64,000 nt of DNA from NCBI GenBank assembly GCA_039811985.1, contig JBDHZT010000005.1, positions 3 through 64,002 on the forward strand, written 5' to 3'. The position numbers and the translations under genes were made by a program. The notes under the pieces are model-generated. The model saw only the letters and a program-made list of their open reading frames with translations, was not told the origin of the DNA and searched no databases. Source of the stretch: Nocardioidaceae bacterium. GTDB lineage: Bacteria; Actinomycetota; Actinomycetes; Propionibacteriales; Nocardioidaceae. This document shows positions 11,182 through 20,745 of the stretch, in pieces (the first letter of the stretch is position 1; each line of letters begins with the position of its first letter).

Positions 11182-11481
11182 TCAGGAGCCTTGCGCCTCC
11201 CGCCATGAGCGGAACAGCCGCCACACCCCTAGAAGGGCGATGGCGGCGCCGCAGCCGCCGACGACGACGCCGATGAAGAGGCCGAGCTGGATCGGACTGA
11301 GTGCGTCCGGATCGTCGCCCGGGCCCATCGCGGTGCCGACCAGGAAGCCGAAGAGCGGCGCCAGGACGGCGAGGACCGCACCGAGCACGGTGAGCCAGAA
11401 GCCGGGAACGGTGGGCTCGAGGACGACCCGTCGACCGGGCTGGGGCGACGTGGTGGTCTCGTTGGTCTCGCTGGCGTTCAC
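11182..11481 (-). CDS. Small 2-TM membrane protein, last gene of the qNor operon
   Basis: Two hydrophobic helices; 4-nt overlap with the SPFH gene. Confidence 0.7.
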   Translation of the reverse strand: MNASETNETTTSPQPGRRVVLEPTVPGFWLTVLGAVLAVLAPLFGFLVGTAMGPGDDPDALSPIQLGLFIGVVVGGCGAAIALLGVWRLFRSWREAQGS

Positions 11482-12266
11482 CGGTCTGTCCCTTCGTCGG
11501 AGGATGGGTGCTGGTCGATGGCGGCCAGGAACGGTCGCACGATGTCCATCGGCAGCGGGAACACGACCGTCGAGTTCTGATCCGCCCCGAGCTCGAGCAG
11601 CGTCTGCAGATAGCGAAGCTGCAGCGACGCCGGGCTCTCGCTCAACGTGATTGCGGCGTCGCGCAGCTCCTCTGAGGCCTGCAGCTCACCGCGGGCGCTG
11701 ATCACCTTCGCCCGGCGCTCCCGCTCCGCCTCGGCCTCTCGCGCCATCGCCCGCTGCATCATCTCGGGAATCTCGACGTCCTTGATCTCGACGACCTGGG
11801 CCTCGACGCCCCACGGCTTCGTCTGCTGCGCGATCGAGCTGGTCAGGTCCTCGTTCAGATCCGCGCGGTGCGCCAGCAGCGTGTCCAGGTCGGCACGACC
11901 CACGACTGAGCGAAGCGTCGTCTGCGCGATCTGGGAGGTCGCGACCGCGTGGTTCTCGACCGCCATCACCGACAGCACCGGATCGGTCACCCGGAACAGC
12001 ACCACCGCGTTCACACGGGCGGTGACGTTGTCCCGGGTGATCACCTCCTGCGGCGGGATGGTCAGGGTGATCACCCGCAGGTCGGCGCGGACCAGAGTGT
12101 CCAGCCCCGGGATCACGAAGATCGGGCCGGGACCCAGCGGTCCTCGCAACCGGCCGAGCCGGAAGACCACGGCACGCTCGTACTCCCTGATGAACCGCAG
12201 GCCGGCCACCAAGACCCCCACCACGGCCAACAGCACGACGACGACGAGCACCACGATCGGGATCAT
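11478..12266 (-). CDS. SPFH / band-7 (slipin/stomatin) protein
   Basis: EYERAVVFRLG, QEVITRDNV, WGV..VEIKDV, AEAERERRAK, ALQLRYLQTL pattern; start ATG at 12266. Confidence 0.92.
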   Translation of the reverse strand: MIPIVVLVVVVLLAVVGVLVAGLRFIREYERAVVFRLGRLRGPLGPGPIFVIPGLDTLVRADLRVITLTIPPQEVITRDNVTARVNAVVLFRVTDPVLSVMAVENHAVATSQIAQTTLRSVVGRADLDTLLAHRADLNEDLTSSIAQQTKPWGVEAQVVEIKDVEIPEMMQRAMAREAEAERERRAKVISARGELQASEELRDAAITLSESPASLQLRYLQTLLELGADQNSTVVFPLPMDIVRPFLAAIDQHPSSDEGTDR

Positions 12267-12919
12267 CGGGGTCTCCTCGGTCCGGTGCTCGACTCTGCTG
12301 CTGACAGCCGGTCGGAGCGGTACGTCGTCCGCCGGGCGGCGTGCCGTCTGGCCACCTCCTGACGGTCGGCGACGTTCTCGTCGGGGCTGCGGGTGAGGAT
12401 CCCGGTCGGGTCGGCAGGGGTCCGGCGCAGATGGGACCAGAGCGGCAGCGAGGCCAGCGCGATCATGCAGGTCGCCGCGACCAGCATCCCGGTCTCGACC
12501 GCCCCCCGGCCGGTCAGCACGGTGGCGGCCGGCCACGCCAACGCCATCAGCGAGACCGCGCAGGCGATCCCCCGATGGAAGCGGGCGGACTCTGAGGCCG
12601 GCCACGGATCGACATGGCGCTGGATCTCCCGGCCGCTGTCGGAGGTGGTGCACTGGTCGCGGACCGGGCAGGAGTTGCACACCGTCGGGCTGCCCCGATA
12701 GCGCATCACCCGGTTGTCGGGGTCGAAGGACTGCGGCCACAGCCACTGGTCCTCCGGGCAGATCCAGGCGTCATGGTCGGGGTGGTAGACGAAGCCGCCA
12801 CTGCGCTGGCGCGTCACGGCGGTGGCGGCCCTCCGAGCCAGTAGGTCGATGGCATAGGCCACGGCCAGCAGCACGACCGCGTAGCCGAGCGCGAAGCCGG
12901 TGGCCGGGCTGATCACCAC
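12263..12919 (-). CDS. Membrane protein with a transposase-like Cys-rich domain
   Basis: TM + YHPDHDAWICPEDQWL...YRGSPTVCNSCPVRDQCTT...GREIQR + 2 TM; start inferred (GTG). Confidence 0.7.
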   Translation of the reverse strand: MVISPATGFALGYAVVLLAVAYAIDLLARRAATAVTRQRSGGFVYHPDHDAWICPEDQWLWPQSFDPDNRVMRYRGSPTVCNSCPVRDQCTTSDSGREIQRHVDPWPASESARFHRGIACAVSLMALAWPAATVLTGRGAVETGMLVAATCMIALASLPLWSHLRRTPADPTGILTRSPDENVADRQEVARRHAARRTTYRSDRLSAAESSTGPRRPR

Positions 12920-12933
12920 GGTGACATCACCGA

Positions 12934-15297
12934 TCAGTCCTCCACGGTGCCGGCGCGGGCCAGACCGGTCCGGTCGGTGTGGGCCAACTCGTGCTCGACG
13001 ACGAACAACGTCTCGGGCTCCATCTCGTGGGTGGTCGCCTTGATCGCGTAGCGCACGCCGAGCCAGGTGATCCACAAGAAGGGCAGGATCCCGCCGACGA
13101 TGAACACCACGTCGCCGGGCAGTCGGAGCCACTCGAGGATCGCGTTGCCCGGCTGGGCGATGTAGCCCAGCGTCCGTGCCTCGAAGTAGCCGTCGTTCAC
13201 CGAGTGCCACAACTGCAAGACACCCAACGGCAGCAGCGTCGCGAACACCATCCACGCCAACCCGATGTTGAGGGACCAGAACGACAGCTTCGCGAGCTTG
13301 TCGGGCCAGCGCTCGGGTGGGATCAGGTAGCGCACCGCGAACAGGGCGAGGCCCACCGCGAGCATGCCGTAGACGCCCATCATCGCGGCGTGCGCATGGT
13401 TGGCGGTCAACGCGGTGCCGATCTGGTAGTAGGACACGATCGGCAGGTTGATCAAGAAGCCGAAGACGCCGGCGCCAACGAAGTTCCAGAAGCCCACGGC
13501 GACCAGGAACATCACCGCCCAGCGGTGCGGGAATGGCGCACTGCTACGCGACTCCTGTCGTGCCCCGAGCTGCAGGAACGTCCACGCCTCAACGGTGAGG
13601 AAGGTCAACGGGATGACCTCCAGCGCCGAGAAGAACGCGCCCAACGCCATGTGCTCGACCGGAGTGCCGGAGAAGTAGAGGTGGTGCATGGTGCCGAGCA
13701 CGCCGCCGGCGGAGTACAAGATCACGTCGAGGAAGATGATCTGGATCGCGATCTTGCGGCGTACGACGCCCAGCATCACGAAGATGTAGGCCACCATCAC
13801 GGTCGTGAACAGCTCGAGGAAGTCCTCGACCCACAGGTGCACCACCCAGAACCGCCAGAACTCCGCGACGGTGATGTGCGTCTCGGTGCCTGCCAGCAGG
13901 CCGACGGCATAGAACCCGGGGATCGCCAGCCCGGAGTAGAAGAACAGCCAGGGCATGTTGAACTTGCTCTCGGTCCGCAGTCGGGAGCGGATGGCGCGAT
14001 AGATGATCCCGATCCACAAGAACAGCCCGATGACCAGGAGGATCTGCCACAGCCGAGGCAGGTCGAGATACTCCCACTGCTGGTCGGTCAGGATGGGCAT
14101 CTTCGTCCAGCGGACGCCGTACGTGCTCAGCGCCGTACCGGTGAGCGTGCCCGCCACCACGAGGGCCAGTGCCGCCAGCAGACCGGTGGCCAACCAGGAC
14201 TGTCGCTTGGGCTCGCGCCCCGAGATGATCGGGGCCAGGAAGATCCCGGCGGCGAGGAAGGAGGCGGCGGTCCAGAACAACGAGAGCTGGACGTGCCAGG
14301 TGCGCGCGAGGTTGAACGGCAGCACCCTGGCCAGGTCGAGGCCGAAGAAGCTGGCCAGGTCCGCCCGATAGTGCTCGATCGCGGCGCCCACGGTCGCCTG
14401 GATGAGGAACAGCAGCGCCACCACCAGGAAGAACCAGCCGGTGACCCGCTGCGATGGCGTGATAGCGACCTGTCCCGGCTGGAGGAAGGCGAGCGTGGGG
14501 GTGTCGGTGCTGTGCCAGCCGATCTGGCGGCTCCAGCGTCCGTAGAGGGCGAACAGCCCACCCAGGCCGGCCAGCAGGGCAACCAGGGAGAGCCCCGACC
14601 AGACGAGTACGTCGGCGGACGGCGTGTTCGCGACCCGGCTCTCCGAAGGCCAGTTGTTGGTGTAGGAGTAGTCGTGGCCGGGACGCTCGGCCGCGGCCGC
14701 CCACGCGGTCCAGGCGAAGAACGCGGTCAGCTCGTGGATCTCCTGGGGATCCGTGATCAGCTTCGGCAGCAGGCCGTACTTCGTGGAGTCCTCGCCGAAG
14801 AACTCCGCGTAGTGCTCGGTCAGGTGCTCGAACGCGGTCACCTGCTCGGGGGTCAGGGTTAGCGTGCCGGTCGACTCGTCGAACCGGTTGGTGCGCAGCA
14901 ACTCGACCGCTGCGACCGAAGGATCGGACACACCCTGCTCACGGAGCTGGTCGATGACGTCTTCGCTAGACAGCCGCAGGTACTCCGCGGTGTAGTCCGG
15001 ACCGAGGTAGCCGCCGTGACCGAGCACCGAGCCGTACTGCTGCAGGCCGCGACGCAGGAAGATGGCCTGCCCCTCGGTGATGTCGTCGCTGGTGAAGACG
15101 ACGGTGCCGTCCTCCGCGACCGCCCGCTTGGGCTCGGGCATCCCGTCGCTGTAGGTCCGATAGGCCAAAATGCCCATCACCAAGAATCCGAAGAGGAGCA
15201 CCAGGGCGACGCCTTGCACCCAACCCTTCGAGATCGCGATGCTGCCGCCCTGCTCGGCAACCTGCGTGTCGGTTCCGTCTTCGCCGATCTGTGCCAT
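12934..15297 (-). CDS. norB: Quinol-dependent nitric oxide reductase (qNor, NorZ type)
   Basis: HGGYLGPDYTA, VVHLWVEDFLE, MHHLYF, NHAHAAMMG heme/Fe ligand motifs; 787 aa. Confidence 0.95.
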   Translation of the reverse strand: MAQIGEDGTDTQVAEQGGSIAISKGWVQGVALVLLFGFLVMGILAYRTYSDGMPEPKRAVAEDGTVVFTSDDITEGQAIFLRRGLQQYGSVLGHGGYLGPDYTAEYLRLSSEDVIDQLREQGVSDPSVAAVELLRTNRFDESTGTLTLTPEQVTAFEHLTEHYAEFFGEDSTKYGLLPKLITDPQEIHELTAFFAWTAWAAAAERPGHDYSYTNNWPSESRVANTPSADVLVWSGLSLVALLAGLGGLFALYGRWSRQIGWHSTDTPTLAFLQPGQVAITPSQRVTGWFFLVVALLFLIQATVGAAIEHYRADLASFFGLDLARVLPFNLARTWHVQLSLFWTAASFLAAGIFLAPIISGREPKRQSWLATGLLAALALVVAGTLTGTALSTYGVRWTKMPILTDQQWEYLDLPRLWQILLVIGLFLWIGIIYRAIRSRLRTESKFNMPWLFFYSGLAIPGFYAVGLLAGTETHITVAEFWRFWVVHLWVEDFLELFTTVMVAYIFVMLGVVRRKIAIQIIFLDVILYSAGGVLGTMHHLYFSGTPVEHMALGAFFSALEVIPLTFLTVEAWTFLQLGARQESRSSAPFPHRWAVMFLVAVGFWNFVGAGVFGFLINLPIVSYYQIGTALTANHAHAAMMGVYGMLAVGLALFAVRYLIPPERWPDKLAKLSFWSLNIGLAWMVFATLLPLGVLQLWHSVNDGYFEARTLGYIAQPGNAILEWLRLPGDVVFIVGGILPFLWITWLGVRYAIKATTHEMEPETLFVVEHELAHTDRTGLARAGTVED

Positions 15298-15333
15298 CGT
15301 CTGTCCTCGAGTCCGAACCGTCGGGATCGAGTC

Positions 15334-15389
15334 AGGCTAGGGAAAGCCCCGCTGGCGGGGAAACGCCTTCGGCCGTGTTTATTCGGCCG
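15334..15389 (-). promoter_or_regulatory. norB promoter region with two inverted repeats
   Basis: -10 TAGCCT (15339-15334); palindrome CCCCGC-TG-GCGGGG (15347-15360); GGCCG-N8-CGGCC (15371-15388). Confidence 0.4.
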
Positions 15390-15393
15390 GGTT

Positions 15394-16080
15394 CTATCGG
15401 CCGGTGTCTAGTCGAGCGGATTCACTCGAGCGGTCCCGCCGACTCGGCTCATCATCCGCCGCGCCCCTCGTCAACCGCACCAGGCACGCCTGCGGGCTGA
15501 CAAAAGGCTTCAGCTCCTCGAGCTGGAGCGGGCCGGGCACCTGGGCGAGAGTGTCGCGCAGGAGCTGCGCGTGGGCGGCGCAGGCAAGCTCTCGGTCCTG
15601 GTCGACGATCCGGTGGTAGGGGCACGGGGCGAGGCGGATATGGAGGTCCTGTTCGTCGACGACGGGGTCCAGGCCGGCGTCGTCGAGGTGCTCGTAGAGC
15701 AGGTCCAGCTGATGGGTCGCGAGGTTGCCCAACGCGGAGGATGGCCGTCGCGATGGGAAGAGTCGACGCAGGAGGTCGCCGTTCTCGCGGGCCTGCTCGA
15801 TCCGCCGGCGGGCCGCTGGGTTGAGGTTCGAGTCGTTGACCGGCGTGTAGACGATCGGCGGGCGACCGCGGCGACCCACCTGGGCGCTCTCGGCGCTGAC
15901 CAGGCCCTCCTGCTCCAGCGTGCGGAGATGCTCACGCGCCGTGTTGACGTGGAGGCCCGCCCGCGTCGCCAGCACCTTCAAGGTGCTGCCGGGAGCAGCC
16001 TGGACCTCGCGCAGGAGACGCACGCGGCTGGGCTCAGCGAGCCCCCGGAAGTCCGTCGTACGCCGCGGCATACCCACCAT
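15394..16080 (-). CDS. wHTH transcriptional regulator, COG2345/SufR-like, with Cys/His ligands
   Basis: HVNT.REHL..LE..GLV...GRGRP..Y; C-terminal CPY...CAAH...C. Confidence 0.85.
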   Translation of the reverse strand: MVGMPRRTTDFRGLAEPSRVRLLREVQAAPGSTLKVLATRAGLHVNTAREHLRTLEQEGLVSAESAQVGRRGRPPIVYTPVNDSNLNPAARRRIEQARENGDLLRRLFPSRRPSSALGNLATHQLDLLYEHLDDAGLDPVVDEQDLHIRLAPCPYHRIVDQDRELACAAHAQLLRDTLAQVPGPLQLEELKPFVSPQACLVRLTRGAADDEPSRRDRSSESARLDTGR

Positions 16081-16131
16081 CTTGCCCACATCGACCCCAG
16101 CAGTCACCCCCGGTCGTCACCGCTGGCGAGG

Positions 16132-16914
16132 TCAGCCTGGATCGACCCGGTGCTGGTCGATCAGCTCGTCGGCACGCGTTCGCGTGGCCAGGTCTGACCG
16201 GGCCTCCTGCTCGAGCCCGCGGAACAGGCTCCTGAGCGTGTCGGCAACGGTGCCCACACCCAGGCCGGGGACCTCGCTGGCGAGCCCTCCGACAGAGGAC
16301 TCCTCGAAGGGCACCTCCAAGGCTCGGTAGACCTCACCGAGCACCGGTCGAAGCACCTCCTCACCGTCGACGACGACCAGCGAGCTGAACAGCCACGACG
16401 CGCGCAGCACCCGCTGAGCGGTGCCGACCAGCTTCGTGTGGCCGCCGGCATTCACGCTGTAGGCGCCGGGACAGTACTCGCCGGGCACCGGCCCCAGCCG
16501 GGCGTCGGCGCCGAGCGCCCGCAGCGCGTCGACGAACATCCGCCCAAAGGTCACGAACCGGTGCTCCTGACCGAGCACCGCCTGCGTCTCGGCCGCCACG
16601 TGGTCCACCACGACGGTGTCGGCGGTGTAGGCGACCGCGCGGCCACCCACTGCTCGTACGGCGGTCTGGAAGCCGGCCTCCCGCGCTGCCCGCACCGCTC
16701 GGGCGAAGCCGGACGACCGGGTGTCGCGGCGGCTGAAGACGACGGCGTTGCGCGTGGGCCGATAGATCCGGACCGTCTCCTGCGCCAGCCCTGCATCGGT
16801 GCGCCGCAACATCGCCTGGGCGAAGGCGAGTTCGGTCGCCTGGTCGTCGGCGATGGAGCCGATCAACACCCGCTCGACCGGCCATGGAGTCGCCGGGCCG
16901 ACGGGATCGGACAC
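16132..16914 (-). CDS. Lipoate-protein ligase / octanoyltransferase (BPL_LplA_LipB family)
   Basis: R..GGRAVAY, GEYCPG.YSV, KLVGTAQR. Confidence 0.85.
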   Translation of the reverse strand: MSDPVGPATPWPVERVLIGSIADDQATELAFAQAMLRRTDAGLAQETVRIYRPTRNAVVFSRRDTRSSGFARAVRAAREAGFQTAVRAVGGRAVAYTADTVVVDHVAAETQAVLGQEHRFVTFGRMFVDALRALGADARLGPVPGEYCPGAYSVNAGGHTKLVGTAQRVLRASWLFSSLVVVDGEEVLRPVLGEVYRALEVPFEESSVGGLASEVPGLGVGTVADTLRSLFRGLEQEARSDLATRTRADELIDQHRVDPG

Positions 16915-16918
16915 AGGC

Positions 16919-18022
16919 TCAACCCTCGTCGACCGAGGAGTCCTCGTCGTGGGTGCCGGGGCGAGGCGCCCACGGCAGCTCGCGAGCGGGTCGCACCACG
17001 ATCAGCCGGTCACCCCGGGCGAGCTGGGAGACGACGGGGTCGAAGTAGCGGTAGACGGTCTCGTCCCGGATCACGGCGATCACCTGGTCCGGGAGTGACT
17101 GTGGCTGCTTGCCGACCTCGGTCAGGAGCAGATCTCGCTCGGCGACCTCCAGTCCTTCGCCATAGGTCAACAAGTCCTCCATCACCGACCCCAGCATCGG
17201 CGAGAGCGTCGAGAGCCCCAGCAGACGGCCGACCGCGTCGGAGGAGGTGATCACCGAGTCCGCGCCGGACTGCCGCATCAGCGGAACGTTCTCGTGCTCG
17301 GCGACAGCGACCACGATCCGCACCTCCGGGTTGAGCTGGCGCACGGTGAGGGTGGCCAGCACACTCGAGTCGTCCCGCCCGGTGCAGATGATCACCTGAC
17401 TGGAGCGGGTCACGCCGGCGCGCATGAGCACCTCGCGCCGGGTCGCATCACCGGTGACCACCGCGACGCCGTCCGAGCGCGCGTCCGCCAACGCGACGGC
17501 GCTCGGGTCGACCACCACGATGTCCTCGCGGATGTAGCCGTTGTTGAGCAGCGTGTCGACCGCGCTGCGCCCCCGGGTGCCGTAGCCGATGATCACGACG
17601 TGATCGGACATCTTGTTCCTCCAGCGGGCTATTCGGAACTGGTTTCGGCCCTGGGACGCGAGCACCTCCAAGCTGGTGCCGATCAGCAGGACCAGGAAGC
17701 CGATGCGGGCCGGGGTGATGATGAACGCGTTGACCAGCCGTGCCCGCTGGGAGACCGGCGCGATGTCGCCGTACCCGGTCGTGCTCAGCGTCACCGTGCT
17801 GTAGTACAGCGCGTCGACGAGGTCGACCTGGTAGTCGTGTTCAGGGTCGTTGCCGTCCCGGTATCCGGCGCGCTCGACATAGACCAGTAGCACAGTGCCC
17901 AGGAGGATCGCCAGTGCCGCCATCAGCCGCATCCCGAGCTGCCACCACGGCGAGTGCTCCCGCTCGGGCAGGGTGACCTTGCCAAGCGCCGGACCGAGTT
18001 GGTCGCGCGAGTCGTCGGGCAC
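16919..18022 (-). CDS. TrkA-domain potassium channel
   Basis: Pore TLSTTGYGDI; RCK domain IIGYGTRG and GDAT. Confidence 0.92.
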   Translation of the reverse strand: MPDDSRDQLGPALGKVTLPEREHSPWWQLGMRLMAALAILLGTVLLVYVERAGYRDGNDPEHDYQVDLVDALYYSTVTLSTTGYGDIAPVSQRARLVNAFIITPARIGFLVLLIGTSLEVLASQGRNQFRIARWRNKMSDHVVIIGYGTRGRSAVDTLLNNGYIREDIVVVDPSAVALADARSDGVAVVTGDATRREVLMRAGVTRSSQVIICTGRDDSSVLATLTVRQLNPEVRIVVAVAEHENVPLMRQSGADSVITSSDAVGRLLGLSTLSPMLGSVMEDLLTYGEGLEVAERDLLLTEVGKQPQSLPDQVIAVIRDETVYRYFDPVVSQLARGDRLIVVRPARELPWAPRPGTHDEDSSVDEG

Positions 18023-18045
18023 GGACCGAATCTAGTCGAACCGGA

Positions 18046-19005
18046 TCACGGCCCGGGTGGCACCACGCTGCTGTCTTCCTCCGGATCCGGTGGCAGCCGT
18101 CTCGCGCGCTCGGTGTCGATCTGAGGGAAGACCGTGTCGAAGGCAGCGTTGACAGCGGCCCCGATCAGCACGGCGATCGCGACGAGATAGAGCCAGAGCA
18201 GGACCGCGATGGGGGCGGCCAACGGTCCGTAGATCGACTTGGAGTCCGCCGCGGTCCCGGTGAGCACCAACCGAAGCAGATAGGAGCCGAGAATCCACGC
18301 CACCAGCGAGAACGTCGCGCCAGGAAGGTTGAAGCGCCACTTGGTCCGCACCGGGACCGAGACGTGGTAGAGCATGGCCAGGAAGCAGATGCAGGCGACC
18401 ACCACTGTCGGCCAGTAGAAGTCCATCACGAACTGCAACCGATCCGGGAGCCACGCGCTGACCAGCCGCGGACCGGCCAGCACCAGCGGAATCGCCACCG
18501 CGCCGGTGATCATGGCCAGCACGTAGAGCCCGAAGGAGAGCAGCCTGGTCCGCACGATGCCTCGATGCCCGCCGAGCCCGTGCATGATCGTGATGGTGTC
18601 CACGAAGACGTTGAGCGCGCGGGAGCCCGACCAGAGGGCGAGCAGGAAGCCGAGTGAGATCACGTCGTACCGCGGCTGACCCAGCACGTCGTTCAGCGTC
18701 GGCTCGATGATCCGGTCGACCGCCTGGTCGGTCAGCGCACGGTTGGCCAGGTCGATGACCGCGTTGCGGAAGTCGGAGATCTGCGCCTCGCTGAAGCGCT
18801 CAGAGACGAAACCGACCGCTCCGGCGAGAGCAAACAGCAGCGGAGGAATGGACAGGATCGCGAAGAAGGCGGCCTCCGCCGCCAGGCCAGTGACCCGATT
18901 CCGCATGCAGGAGCCGACGGTGCTGACCAGCAGGCGCCAGCAGACGTCCCCGGCCCTGCGCAGCCAACCAGCGGCCGCGGCCGGCTGCTTGTCACCACCG
19001 GGCAT
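18046..19005 (-). CDS. YihY / virulence factor BrkB family membrane protein
   Basis: GLAAEAAFF..LS.PP, LPGA, YG.LA.PIA.LLWLY. Confidence 0.9.
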   Translation of the reverse strand: MPGGDKQPAAAAGWLRRAGDVCWRLLVSTVGSCMRNRVTGLAAEAAFFAILSIPPLLFALAGAVGFVSERFSEAQISDFRNAVIDLANRALTDQAVDRIIEPTLNDVLGQPRYDVISLGFLLALWSGSRALNVFVDTITIMHGLGGHRGIVRTRLLSFGLYVLAMITGAVAIPLVLAGPRLVSAWLPDRLQFVMDFYWPTVVVACICFLAMLYHVSVPVRTKWRFNLPGATFSLVAWILGSYLLRLVLTGTAADSKSIYGPLAAPIAVLLWLYLVAIAVLIGAAVNAAFDTVFPQIDTERARRLPPDPEEDSSVVPPGP

Positions 19006-19022
19006 GGGCCTACCGTAGCGGC
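19006..19022. promoter_or_regulatory. Bidirectional overlapping -10 elements for two divergent leaderless genes
   Basis: + strand TACCGT (19011-16) lies 6 nt before ATG 19023; - strand TACGGT (19017-12) lies 6 nt before ATG 19005. Confidence 0.65.
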
Positions 19023-20669
19023 ATGGATCAGGTCATCCGCGAAGCCACCAACCAGGCTCCCCCGCTGGTCGGTCACCACGTCGTCAACAGCGACGCGGCG
19101 CTCTCCGAGGCCGTGCTGCGCCATGGCTCGCCGGAGGTGTTGAAGTCCCTGGACGAGCTCGGCGCCCTGGCGGGCACCGAGGAGGCCCGCAACCACGGGA
19201 TGTTGGCCAATCGGTTCGAGCCGGAGCTCCACTCCTACGACCGCTACGGCAACCGTGTCGACGAGGTCGCCTTCCACCCGTCGTGGCACTGGCTGATGGA
19301 GCACGCCGTCGGCTTCGGTCTCCAGGCGGCGCCGTGGGTGTCGGATGAGCCCCACTCGCACCTACGGCGGGCCGCCGGCTTCCTGGCCTGGTCGCAGGTC
19401 GAGTCCGGCCACGGCTGCCCGATCTCGATGACCTATGCCGCCATCCCGGCGTTGCAGGCCGACGAGGTGCTGGCCGCACGCTGGACGCCTCCGTTGGCCG
19501 CGCCCCACTATGACCCCGGCACTCGGCCGCTGGCAGCCAAACGCGGTGCTCTGGCGGGGATGGGGATGACCGAGAAGCAGGGCGGCTCCGACGTGCGCGC
19601 CAATCGGACCGAGGCGCGACCCACCGGGGTCGAGGGCGACTACACCCTGCACGGGCACAAGTGGTTCACCTCCGCGCCGATGAACGACGTGTTCTTGGTG
19701 CTGGCCCAGGCACCCGGTGGGTTGACCTGCTTCCTGGTGCCCCGCTGCTTGCCGAGCGGCGAGCGCAACGTCTTCGACATCGCCCGCCTGAAGGACAAGC
19801 TCGGCAACCGCTCCAACGCCTCCTCGGAGCTGGAGTTCGACGGCACCCTCGCCCAGCGCCTCGGGGACGAGGGCCGTGGGGTGCGCACCATCATCGAGAT
19901 GGTCGCGGCGACCCGGCTGGACTGCGTGATCGGCTCGGCGGCGCTGATGCGGCGAGCCGTCGCCGAGGCGTCCTGGCACGTCGCCCACCGCTCGGCCTTC
20001 GGCCGGGTGCTGGCCGACCAGCCGCTGATGGCCAACGTGATCGCGGACCTGGCCGTCGAGTCGGAGGCCGCCGCCGCGTTGGCGATGCGGCTGGCGGCCG
20101 CCGTCGACGACCGAGACCACGCCCATGAGGCGGCGCTACGCCGGATCGCGCTGCCGCTGGCGAAGTTCTGGGTCTGCAAGCGCACCCCCGCTCAAGTGGC
20201 GGAGGCGCTGGAGTGCCTCGGCGGCAACGGCTACACCGAGGAGTCCGGGATGCCGCTGCTCTTCCGCGAGTCTCCGCTGAACTCGATCTGGGAGGGCTCG
20301 GGCAACGTCAACGCCCTCGACGTGCTGCGCGCCCTGTCCCGCGAGCCGGAGGTGCTGGAGGCCTGGATCACCGAGGTCGGCGCAGCGCACGGCGCCGATC
20401 CACGCCTGGACCGGGCGGTCGAGCAGACCCTGGCGCTGCTCGGCGATGCCGGAGCGTTGGAGGTCTCCGCTCGCCGGCTGGCCGGCAGCATGGCCGCCTG
20501 CCTGCAGGGCTCGCTCCTAGTCCGCTTCGCCCCGCCTGAGGTGGCCGACGCCTTCTGCGCCACCCGACTGGACAGTCGCTACCACGGCACCTTCGGCACC
20601 CTGCCCGCCTCACTCGGCGAGTCCGCGATGCGCGCGATCGTCGAGCGCACCACGCCCACCGTCGACTGA
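19023..20669 (+). CDS. Acyl-CoA dehydrogenase, AidB-like
   Basis: NQAPPL, GMGMTEKQGGSDVRAN, GHKWFTSAP, IWEGSGNV. Confidence 0.92.
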   Translation: MDQVIREATNQAPPLVGHHVVNSDAALSEAVLRHGSPEVLKSLDELGALAGTEEARNHGMLANRFEPELHSYDRYGNRVDEVAFHPSWHWLMEHAVGFGLQAAPWVSDEPHSHLRRAAGFLAWSQVESGHGCPISMTYAAIPALQADEVLAARWTPPLAAPHYDPGTRPLAAKRGALAGMGMTEKQGGSDVRANRTEARPTGVEGDYTLHGHKWFTSAPMNDVFLVLAQAPGGLTCFLVPRCLPSGERNVFDIARLKDKLGNRSNASSELEFDGTLAQRLGDEGRGVRTIIEMVAATRLDCVIGSAALMRRAVAEASWHVAHRSAFGRVLADQPLMANVIADLAVESEAAAALAMRLAAAVDDRDHAHEAALRRIALPLAKFWVCKRTPAQVAEALECLGGNGYTEESGMPLLFRESPLNSIWEGSGNVNALDVLRALSREPEVLEAWITEVGAAHGADPRLDRAVEQTLALLGDAGALEVSARRLAGSMAACLQGSLLVRFAPPEVADAFCATRLDSRYHGTFGTLPASLGESAMRAIVERTTPTVD

Positions 20670-20681
20670 GCGCAGCCCGGC

Positions 20682-20729
20682 GGACGTCATGCCTTCTGGT
20701 CGCCAGGACGACCGCAGAGGATGACGTCC
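20682..20729 (+). repeat. REP-like hairpin element, copy 1
   Basis: GGACGTCAT-gccttct-GGTCG-ccagga-CGACC-gcaga-GGATGACGTCC between convergent genes. Confidence 0.75.
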
Positions 20730-20745
20730 CGCGGAACCTGCGGGT

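Noticed and set aside
12263-12919. Insertion sequence / transposase pseudogene
   Set aside because: No DDE core, terminal inverted repeats or target duplication; the ORF is intact, has TM helices and is operon-coupled.
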